Origin: Trypanosoma brucei
Lineage: Eukaryota
Length of the DNA: 64,000 nt
Direction of reading: 5' to 3'
Assembly (NCBI GenBank): GCA_000002445.1
Contig: CH464491.1
Span: 4,320,001-4,384,000 of the forward strand
Positions 52,985-62,363 of the stretch are shown one piece after another (position 1 is the stretch's first letter; each line of letters opens with the position of its first letter). The position numbers were made by a program, and so were the translations under genes. Under the pieces are notes generated by a model. That model searched no databases. It was not told the DNA's origin and was given only the letters and a program-made list of their open reading frames with translations.

Positions 52985-53811
52985 GTTAGACTATGCAATC
53001 AGGTCACAGTAATCCATGGCACACCTCCACGATTTGATCCCTCGAGTGAGCGGGGCACGTTTCGAAAAAAGTTGTGCGTGTAATCATCCCACGGCAGGGG
53101 ATCCGTCAAACCGCACAAAAATAAAAAATAAAAAGTGCCAACTCAACATAAAACCAATCCCTTTCGAAGAACACCATGCACCCCAAAATGCAAACGTACG
53201 CATATGCACATCCTTGTTATGCCGTGGTATAATTTGGTAACACAACAACGGGTAAACCGAGAGGCACAAATACACATCTCGTCCATAGGCAGTTCAAATA
53301 GTCGTTGATTTCATCAATTATTACAGCGGTGGACCACCGTGGAGAGCCGGTCAGGAGGGCACAATGAGAAATGTAGTTAACGTGATATACATAACTAAGA
53401 AAGAAGAAAAAAGTGTCAACTTGACATAAAATTAGGCGCAAGTGGTTATAGAAAAAAAAAAGGGGCAACAAGAGATGAGATTGAAATAAAGGACAAGACG
53501 GAAAGGTGGAGCCGAGGAAACACCTGCGGGGGAACAACACGATGATTTTAAGTAGGAGGACGGATACCGAGCAAGACGGAATGAAAAGAATTCTTTAAAC
53601 ATAAAATAATAATAATAAAAAAGAACCTTCAAAGACCATCACCTCGATCAGGTTAAGCTCATGCTTCAGCCCTGTCCCTCCGTTTATCATTATCATCCAA
53701 TCTAGTTTGAATAAAGCAATCAAGCGGCGGCCCTTTACCAAACTACTTATCAATTGCACTTGTTTCTTTTTTCCTTCCTTTTTCTTTGAAAAGAGGAAAA
53801 AAAATGTTTAT

Positions 53812-55524
53812 TCATCCAACCGTCTGCCCACTCAGCTGCCTTTTTCTCGCGATCAACAAATCTCCCTGGGCCTTCAGTGCCTCAGCCTCCTGTGCTTTCT
53901 TTGGATCGCCGTAAAGAAGGAGTAACACGGAGAGCCGGTAGTATAAAGTGGCAAGGTTTGAAGAATCCATCTCTTCCATGTTGTCATCCATTAGCATAGA
54001 ACCTTCAGATTCCTCACACTTGTCTCCATCGTTGAGCCGCGCCTCCAAAGCATTTTCTACCGCCTCATCGCAGTCGCCTCTCTCTGGAAGGCAATCCCGA
54101 AGGCACTTTTCAGCCTGCTTTAACATAAACAAAACCTCCTTCTTTGGGGCGCGCGATGCCATAATAAGGAACACCTTCGCTAGAAGATGAAGTGTCTCCC
54201 GTTGTTGCCCAGGTATGGCCTTGATTAACTCACTACTCCCAGAACCCTGGCAGCTCGTATTTATGTTGTACAAGTTGATGAACACATTCTTCACCAACTT
54301 CATACGCTGCCAAAAGAGATGTGCCGTTGGGCTTTTGAGAGCAAATTCTATCAAAGCCACTCCAAGTTCATGCATTGGCCGAGCATACGCCACGTACTCC
54401 TCCAACGAGTATATGGCCCCTTCAAAGTCTTCAGACAGGCAGCTATAGTAGTAAAGGACGTGGGACTCCACAATTACCCCAGTGTTACAGCTGTAAACAA
54501 ATAAATAATTCAAACACGCAGCTGCAAGTGAGGCACACCCCTCACTAATGGCATTTTCACTCACAGCGCGGAATACCGTGCAGGCGAAATCCACAAACTT
54601 TTCCTGATCCACTTTCTGTGGCGTGGTCCCCTCCTCTACGATGAACCGATAATGAATGCCTTCCTCCTGAGCCGGCTTCAGTGTGCAAAGGAAGAACTCA
54701 ACAGCTTGACCGATCGGATTGCGATAATCGACCAGAATGGAGTAGTGTGCATCTTCCAGGCAGCGCCACCACGCCACAAGGTCCGTCCCGTCCTCCAGTT
54801 CAGTGGTAATCTTACCGGAACGCTGTGTATATGTGCAACCGATAGTTTGACATAGCAAACCGTGGCCACCGCTCATGTGGGCTAACTGACATGCTCTTGA
54901 GCAATACTCAACGCCACCACACTCCGCGCATGTGTACCCCTGAGCATAGACGGGATCGAGACACATGGTGCACTGGGGACCAATGTATGGTGTAAGCACA
55001 AAACGCAGTTGCTGCTGCATGGCATATGGGGATCCACCTACGGTGACAGTTGCCTCACCCATGTACCAACCGTAGGCGGTATAGCCCTCACAACTCACTG
55101 TCACGTCAGACAGCATCGGCTCCGTAGAACCCACAATACGTCCCTCGAGCTGGTCGAAGTGGACGTCAAAACGGCAGGGCTCGTTGAGCTGCCAGTGATA
55201 GTGACTGCGCATCACCACGGTTGCGTAACGGTCCTTCAGTGGGCGGGGAATTCGGCCTAGCCCAGGGATCACTACCGGTTCCTCTCCACTGCTACCTTCG
55301 CAACATTCATCACTCATGGCGAATATTTTGCCTTGATGACGTACAGAGATCACTTCATCCTCTACTGCAAAGCGCAATAACACATGCCAGTCACCAAACT
55401 CACCTGAAGACTTCGTACCAGCCTTCCGACCCGTGTGCAGTAATCGCTCATCATCCGTCGCGGAGTTGGCAAAAAACGTGAAGTGAAGGGTGAAGAGCCC
55501 CGAGTGCACCCCGCCCGTACTCAT
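53812..55524 (-). CDS. MYND-type zinc-finger protein with C-terminal TPR-like region
   Basis: CTMCLDPVYAQGYTCAECGGVEYCSRACQLAHMSGGHGLLC fits the MYND C4-C2HC spacing. C-terminal helical repeats (YYRLSVLLLLYGDPKKAQEAEALKAQG). Confidence 0.7.
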   Translation of the reverse strand: MSTGGVHSGLFTLHFTFFANSATDDERLLHTGRKAGTKSSGEFGDWHVLLRFAVEDEVISVRHQGKIFAMSDECCEGSSGEEPVVIPGLGRIPRPLKDRYATVVMRSHYHWQLNEPCRFDVHFDQLEGRIVGSTEPMLSDVTVSCEGYTAYGWYMGEATVTVGGSPYAMQQQLRFVLTPYIGPQCTMCLDPVYAQGYTCAECGGVEYCSRACQLAHMSGGHGLLCQTIGCTYTQRSGKITTELEDGTDLVAWWRCLEDAHYSILVDYRNPIGQAVEFFLCTLKPAQEEGIHYRFIVEEGTTPQKVDQEKFVDFACTVFRAVSENAISEGCASLAAACLNYLFVYSCNTGVIVESHVLYYYSCLSEDFEGAIYSLEEYVAYARPMHELGVALIEFALKSPTAHLFWQRMKLVKNVFINLYNINTSCQGSGSSELIKAIPGQQRETLHLLAKVFLIMASRAPKKEVLFMLKQAEKCLRDCLPERGDCDEAVENALEARLNDGDKCEESEGSMLMDDNMEEMDSSNLATLYYRLSVLLLLYGDPKKAQEAEALKAQGDLLIARKRQLSGQTVG

Positions 55525-56049
55525 CTGCTGTTAAGAAAACAAACAACAGAACTAGATAACGCAACCCCCACGTGACCAGCCGACTGCAACAACAACGGCA
55601 CTCCTGGTCCGTATTAACAAACTTCCTCAACCTCTTTTATTTAACTGTAATAGCTCTGTGGGTTTATGGTTTTTTTTGTTACGAGTGAAAAATTACCAGG
55701 CTACACGCACTTCCGTCCTGAAGAGCGATGAGATCGAACCTACAAAACCCCGATGACAAATTCCACCAACCTAAACGGTTTCCTTAATATCTGCTGACCA
55801 CAGGTAACAAATTCAGAGCAGAGAGTAAGCGTGAAGTGTTCACAAAATAGTTAGCAAGGAAGGAGATATATAGAGGAAAAGAAAGGAACTGTACACACAC
55901 AGCGTCTCTTTTGTTTTAGGCGGCCTCCGTCTCTTGCACCCCCGTCTCCCCCACGTAAACACCAACACCAAAGAAAAAGTAAGTTTCACCTTCACAGGAC
56001 TTCCTTGGAGCCCCATCAAGCTCTCCCAGGAAACCCTTCAACCTCAACT

Positions 56050-58059
56050 TCACCACCAAGTGTCACAGCCCAGTACCTCACGCAGAAAGATCGTGGCGTA
56101 ACTGGACGATGGGAGGAAAAAGGACAGGGTCGCATCAAAGACATCACTACTCCCTCCTTCAACAGTAGTAAACGACACACTGCACCCCACTGGCCGGACA
56201 ACCGTCGCCCGTAACGCCCCTGGCATCCCCACGCCGAGGACCTTCTTCCTTTGGGCGAACTCGTCAACCGTCCCGAGGTTCAGCTCCATTAAAACCTTGT
56301 CAACAGCTGAGCGAACGCCCCCCTCGACCGATACGTTGTAACCCAAAAGCGGCAAAGTCACAGGCAACTGTGGGCCGTGTAACATGGAAAGTAGGCGGTT
56401 GAAGATGAGACTCTGCGCACCGCACAGCCACAATACACGGAAAGCATACGGCACCGCCTGTAGCGCATCGCGGCACACATCCCTCCAGAGCTGGGTGCAT
56501 TCCGTTACGTCCGCTCGGGTTAGCGTTGTATAACGCGTGCGGTGAAGGCGGTTGAGTGCCTGTACAATGCAACGTGCATCACGCAACCTCGCGGGAACGT
56601 AACGTGGTTCCATATGGGTTGGAAATAAGTCGTACAACTCGGGGGCCCCACGAAGAAGGCATCGCACAGCTTCTGGCCACCTACCTCCTAATATATGAAC
56701 ACCAATGTGGTCCATGAAACACTCAGCATGTTCACTGAAACGCTGCTGACCAAAGTAGTTCAGAAATCCCTCTTTCTCCAGTCGGCAGGACCTCTGCATC
56801 AACTCGGAAGGGGTAATACCACGAACATCACGCAGCCGGATGTGGAACATGTTCCCTTTGAGCTCACCAATTCCAACAGGTGCGGAGTGCGGTCCAGAAG
56901 TCTGCAAAATCTCCACGTAGCTTGACAAATCGTCCGTCCACGTCAAACGCAATGGAACGTCACCATCTATTCCACTTTCCTCTTCGCGAGGGTGCCGGAG
57001 CTGCCGGGTGCAGGGAACCGAACAGCGCTGGTACGTCACTGCACACTTATCCTTCATCCCTGCCGTGCAAACGGCATCAATAGGAACGCAGAAGTGCTCC
57101 GCCAATAACATACGCAGCTCCATTATATCCAAATTGCGTTTGCGGATGAGAAGGTGAGTGAAACCAACTGTTTCCCTGTTCCCGTCAACACGCTGCCGCT
57201 TTCCAAACCCACTTGACGAACCCCTGATGACCACCTGCCCATTCGAAACGCGGCATGTGATCCGGGGGTACCGCTTCGACATCACCTCGTGGAAGGAGCG
57301 TCGCACCTCCTTTGATGCAGTCACAGGGAATTTAGCAGTTAGATGAAGCGGCGGCCCCTGGGGAACTGATGCGTTCCATGCCACCAACGCGTCAGCTACC
57401 GACTCCCCGAGAAGATGCGAAAGAAGAAGAAACTCACAATCGTAGCTAACAATGATGTGATAATCAATCGCACCACCATCGCCATCTCTACAAATATGAG
57501 CACTGTCACCATCCAAAGCAATGTTTACAGGACCAGCTGTTGCTTCCCTGTGACGACGGGTCTCACTACGTAAGTGGGGTACCGATACCTTCATAGCACG
57601 ATGCAGCTGCTCTCGCTCAGCCCTCTCGTTAAACACGCCGATGTCATGCTCTTTGGTTGGAAACAAGAGGTTCCTAGCCGCGGCACAGGAAGAATACTGC
57701 GCAACAGCTTCCCTCTTACTACCAAACACCTCCAGAAGGGTTTCCAACAGAGACTCATTCAAGGAATCATCCATTGGGAGCGCTACATTGATATGCTTTT
57801 CGGAGTCGCCCGCGCTGCCGCCGCATTGCCCTCGGTTCAGTTCAGTCGCCGTGGACAAGACGGTTTGGACACTGCCAACTTCGCCACAACTATTCGTTGG
57901 TGTCCGCGGTATGGGAAGCTTGTATGTTTGGGCATCTGTTGCCTCGCCCGCGGGGTCTACCTCCGCAACGATGAAGTCCTCAGGGCAGTCCTTCAGTCGC
58001 GCAACCGCAACACGCTCTACTGGCACATGAAACTTCTCCACACCACAGGCCTGAAGCAT
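56050..58059 (-). CDS. tRNA pseudouridine synthase, TruD/Pus7 family
   Basis: Catalytic-Asp motif AGMKDKCAVTYQRCS (family GxKDKxAxT). Motif II FLNYFGQQRFSEH (NYFGxQRF). Confidence 0.8.
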   Translation of the reverse strand: MLQACGVEKFHVPVERVAVARLKDCPEDFIVAEVDPAGEATDAQTYKLPIPRTPTNSCGEVGSVQTVLSTATELNRGQCGGSAGDSEKHINVALPMDDSLNESLLETLLEVFGSKREAVAQYSSCAAARNLLFPTKEHDIGVFNERAEREQLHRAMKVSVPHLRSETRRHREATAGPVNIALDGDSAHICRDGDGGAIDYHIIVSYDCEFLLLSHLLGESVADALVAWNASVPQGPPLHLTAKFPVTASKEVRRSFHEVMSKRYPRITCRVSNGQVVIRGSSSGFGKRQRVDGNRETVGFTHLLIRKRNLDIMELRMLLAEHFCVPIDAVCTAGMKDKCAVTYQRCSVPCTRQLRHPREEESGIDGDVPLRLTWTDDLSSYVEILQTSGPHSAPVGIGELKGNMFHIRLRDVRGITPSELMQRSCRLEKEGFLNYFGQQRFSEHAECFMDHIGVHILGGRWPEAVRCLLRGAPELYDLFPTHMEPRYVPARLRDARCIVQALNRLHRTRYTTLTRADVTECTQLWRDVCRDALQAVPYAFRVLWLCGAQSLIFNRLLSMLHGPQLPVTLPLLGYNVSVEGGVRSAVDKVLMELNLGTVDEFAQRKKVLGVGMPGALRATVVRPVGCSVSFTTVEGGSSDVFDATLSFFLPSSSYATIFLREVLGCDTWW

Positions 58060-58489
58060 TCATGCCCTAAATACCGGTCGTCGACCAAGGAGGTGAGGAA
58101 CTCAGACGAAAAGAGAATGGGGAAAGACAATGTCCAAAGATGATAAATGGTGAAAGCTAACAGGAATGTTGAAGAAGTGCACTAACAGGAAGCAATCAGG
58201 GCGTGAGCAGCCTCGTTGACCTCCAGTACACTTATTTATCACCTTTTCGTCATGTGCCCGCTTACTCAGTTCCACGGGTAAAAACGAGGGGGGGAAACAG
58301 TTTGGAAAATAGGGAAACTACCACCCTTTCTAGTCCTCTCATGCTGCACTGAGTGACAGTATATGATGAATGGACGAAGGAGGCACATCCTCATAGCAGT
58401 GTTAATATGACCACTCACCAACTCACACGTGGAAAAATACATTGCCAAGCAAACGGATGCTCACTTTACCAACTACCACGTGCTTACTC

Positions 58490-61246
58490 CTAGGCCCTCG
58501 GCACGGCCGCTAGCCTTCCTGCTTCTTCGGCATCTCTTAGTCGCTCCTGTAAGCGGTCACCAAATAAGTTTGTGCGGGTTATAACTCCAATAACACGATG
58601 CCGACGATCCACTACCGGAAGAAGCCGCAGCCCCAAGTGACGGAATATATAATACGTCCGCGAGATGCACATCACGTCACGCACGTAATATGTGCTGAGA
58701 TCCACATAAGGGGAGAGGTCCACATGGCAGCGCATCGTTGATTTGGATAATAGCTCAACGGGAGGCATAGGAGGTAACCGCCGCCAGAAAATGCACTCAC
58801 GCACTTTGTTTAGATCTGCATAGGTGGCGTGAGACCGCGGACCACGGGGAGGTCCGTCCGTTACGTTGGTTTCAGGTGGAACGATAGTGTCCATACTTCT
58901 CCCCGCCTGTGTAATGATACTTTCATTGCAGTCAGTGAACGGGCCACAAGCGCTCCCTCCCTCACTTTCACACACCTCGATTCCTGTTGCCTTTGTCTGA
59001 ACCCGACCAACCGATTCTCCGTTTTTACCTCCACAGGGCACGTTGCTAGCAAGCATACTCAAGCGGCCACTATCTATCACATCTGACCCATCTGTCTCAC
59101 GGAAGTACATGAACCACAACAACAGTTCCAACTGGGAGCGGGATATGACACCCTTGTATGTCATCTTCGCCATGGCCACCACAGGGAACGTGTTGTGCTG
59201 TGTGGACTGCAGCACCTCCACCACTTGTGCAATGGACTCCACAGTGTTGAGAGTCACTGCAGGGGATGTCATGATATCCTTGGCACAAAACATATCAAAC
59301 TTGTGCACACCTGTCTGTGCCTCCAGGAAAGGCACCGACTTCAGGTCAAGCAGTGAGTGGTATAAGGAGTGGCAGAAACGATCGGCTAACGCTCGGGCAA
59401 AGACGACTCCTACCATTAGGCAAGTAATGTGGGTAAGATCCGCAGTCATCTCCATCATAATCACGATGAGAGAAAACGAGAGACGGGAGATGCCGGAAAA
59501 GTACGAGGCGGCGCCGATGAGAGATAGCACCCCAGGATCCGCCCATACCTCATTGTTGAACAAGGTGCCAACGAGCCGGCCACCCATCGCACCAATAAAG
59601 AGGGAAGGAATAACCGTGCCGCAGGATACGAACATTCCTCCCGCGTAGCTTGAAGAGAATGTGTAAAGCATAAGTTGTAGCAAACACGCGTACCACGGAA
59701 TCAGCCCCGTGGTGTGACGCGAGAACAAGACGCGTATACTATTGTAAGGACCCATCAGTGCAAGCGTCGCTAATGGATTGAATGTGTTCTCACGATCCGC
59801 GCAAAATTCGGTGAAGAGTTCAACTTTCATCTCCGCTTTGTGATCTTTCACGTACGGAGGTATTTCGATGCAACCGAACGCCAGCGGTAGCACGTAGCAA
59901 ACAGTGTTGTACGCCAACGAAAACAAGCAAGGCTCCAAAACACGCAGGAACGTATTGGGAAAGAGTCGCTCCCTGCGCCATCGCAAAAATCTGACACTCG
60001 ATACTGTGTACAAAACAGCAAGCAGCCCAAGGGCTAAGGAACCGACAACTGTTGGTATAAACGTGTAGACATTCAGCGGCACGTGGTTACCCGGTACGTT
60101 GTTGACAATAAACATTGCGATCGCCGATGGTAGAAACTCACCGTGAGTCATTGGTGATTGTGCCAGCAGATGCCAACCGCTCATGTAGGAGTTGACTATC
60201 TGAATCACACACATGCATGCCAAACAAGAGACGAAAACCATACACGCGAGCCTCACCGAAAAAAACGTGGCCACCTCCTCCATCACGAACAGCAGCCCAC
60301 CGATAGGCGCCGAGAAAGCAGACGTCACGCCACAGGCAGCACCAGCCGATATGAAACTCCGCATATCTCGTGGGTTACGGAAGGTTGAAAGCAGCGACGT
60401 GGCACCACAGTTCAACGTTCGGCTCCGCCCTGTTGGCAATCCCGCGCCAATAAGAGAGCCAATGTGAATAATCGGGCCCTCCGCTCCGACAGGAACACCG
60501 GCAGATACAACAAAAATGCAGGAGAGCGTCTTCACGATTAAATTGCGTATGTTAAACACACGGGGAAACATCACGCCATTCAGGTAAGCCATAACTTCGG
60601 GGACACCGCTGCCGGCTGCTGTGGGCATCACAAGGCAACAGAGGGAGGAGAGCAGCGCAAAACCGGCACACCATAGGATATATATTATATAGCATTTTCC
60701 AGCCACAGCCCAACTAACACCACTGGGGGTTGACCGCATTGGAAAACCTGCACCTCCTCCAACGGTCTGCGCTTCAGTCCCACCACGCCCATGGGTCTCA
60801 TGCAGATAAGTACGTAACATCCCTCGCTTCCGGCGCTCAAGATACTCGAGAGTTTGAAAAAGTAATACGGACCACAAACCAACACAAATGCCTACTGCAA
60901 TAAACATAACCCACTTGAGCCAACGTGGTTCCTTCTTCCATTGCGCCATACGCTTCTTGTAGACAGTTGACTGGGGTTCGCTGTAATCAATGCTCTCATA
61001 GTTGTCCATCCTGCGGCGCTCCTCATCCGACCGAACGTGTGTCCGCTGAGCCCTACGAAATAACGGAGGGCGAGCACGGGCAAACGCCGCATCGCCCTCC
61101 TCTTCAGTCCGCGCCAGTTCCTGAAACCATGCGCTCGTTGCGCGGTCCTTTGCATTTGTGCTCAGCGACTCCAAAACATTCCGTCGGTTCCATCCACCAG
61201 CGTCTGCCTCCTGCGGTGGCTGCGATGGCAACAACTTGTTGGACAT
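58490..61246 (-). CDS. CLC-family voltage-gated chloride channel / Cl-/H+ exchanger with two C-terminal CBS domains
   Basis: GSGVPEV, GAEGPIIHIGSLIGAG (gating Glu present), GVTSAFSAPIGGLLFVMEEV. C-terminal CBS pair (DIMTSPAVTLNTVESIA...FPVV; VRDVMCISRTYYIFRHLGLRLLPVVDRRHRVIGVITRTNL). Confidence 0.85.
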   Translation of the reverse strand: MSNKLLPSQPPQEADAGGWNRRNVLESLSTNAKDRATSAWFQELARTEEEGDAAFARARPPLFRRAQRTHVRSDEERRRMDNYESIDYSEPQSTVYKKRMAQWKKEPRWLKWVMFIAVGICVGLWSVLLFQTLEYLERRKRGMLRTYLHETHGRGGTEAQTVGGGAGFPMRSTPSGVSWAVAGKCYIIYILWCAGFALLSSLCCLVMPTAAGSGVPEVMAYLNGVMFPRVFNIRNLIVKTLSCIFVVSAGVPVGAEGPIIHIGSLIGAGLPTGRSRTLNCGATSLLSTFRNPRDMRSFISAGAACGVTSAFSAPIGGLLFVMEEVATFFSVRLACMVFVSCLACMCVIQIVNSYMSGWHLLAQSPMTHGEFLPSAIAMFIVNNVPGNHVPLNVYTFIPTVVGSLALGLLAVLYTVSSVRFLRWRRERLFPNTFLRVLEPCLFSLAYNTVCYVLPLAFGCIEIPPYVKDHKAEMKVELFTEFCADRENTFNPLATLALMGPYNSIRVLFSRHTTGLIPWYACLLQLMLYTFSSSYAGGMFVSCGTVIPSLFIGAMGGRLVGTLFNNEVWADPGVLSLIGAASYFSGISRLSFSLIVIMMEMTADLTHITCLMVGVVFARALADRFCHSLYHSLLDLKSVPFLEAQTGVHKFDMFCAKDIMTSPAVTLNTVESIAQVVEVLQSTQHNTFPVVAMAKMTYKGVISRSQLELLLWFMYFRETDGSDVIDSGRLSMLASNVPCGGKNGESVGRVQTKATGIEVCESEGGSACGPFTDCNESIITQAGRSMDTIVPPETNVTDGPPRGPRSHATYADLNKVRECIFWRRLPPMPPVELLSKSTMRCHVDLSPYVDLSTYYVRDVMCISRTYYIFRHLGLRLLPVVDRRHRVIGVITRTNLFGDRLQERLRDAEEAGRLAAVPRA

Positions 61247-62363
61247 ACTTCAGTAGGGGAAACCAAAAAAGAGAAAAAAGAAAATGAGGTGAAAGGGATT
61301 ATAATTTTATATAGTCACGCCGGTTCGCGGGTATCCGCAAGTGAAGCAGATGGGTCAGGGCACAAGAAGGAAGCACAGCAACAAACTTATTTACCCTGTC
61401 ACAAGAGGCAAAGAAGAAGAGAAAGGGGGTCAACATTTCACACAGACAAAGATGCTAAACAGGACTTCCGACTATTCGGTAGGAAACTAGTTCATGCATT
61501 ACTGAGACCGTAAGGGGAAGTCGTTCCGCTCCCCTTTAAAATGAGGAATATTTACTTAGGAAATGAACTCCGCTGTAAAATGACTTCATCATCACCACGA
61601 CTATACCTTTTGCGGTAACCACAACTTGCAGAAGAGGTAAGAAGAAGGCAGTAATAGATCAACATCCACCCAAAGAGTTATCTTATCCCACATGTATTCT
61701 ATTTGTACGACCCAACAGAATAAAAGATGAGCAACTGCAGCGGGTTAGAGCCACCAGAATATCTCTCTCACATGACTCAGGCACAGCGGCAACTAACTGC
61801 CTGTGAAGTCACACGTAGACAAAACGACATACGATAAACAACACTTTTTTGCACCCTTAATGATGAGATTGTTATTAGCATCTAAAGGCTGGCTCCACCA
61901 CTATTGTATAGAGGCTAAACACGCACATACAGCGGTAGAGGAAATGGGTGCATAAGTCATTTACCTCCTAACTTCCTTCATCCACCACCGATTTACACAC
62001 AAAAGGGAGAGGAGTTTTTTTTCTTTTAGTGCATTGATACGTGGGTTTACACTATCTTTTCCTTCCTTCACGTACTTGTTACATTTTTCTGCTATCCGTA
62101 CTTCAACATCAAACGAAGAGCAAAGAGGAAAAGAAGAGAAGAGAAGGGCAAATAAATATGAACAGTCTAACAACAGGTAATAATGTAAGAAAGTGTGAGA
62201 AACCTCCAACGGGTTGCTTCGTTTAGAAACATTTGAAGCATGGTCGAAATACTGTAAAACGTTCCTGACGGAGTGCACCGCCAGATAAACAAATAATGAT
62301 GTGGAACAAGGGAGAGAATTTTTTTTTAAAGAGAAAAAAAGAGTAACTTCACTCCTCCCAGAC

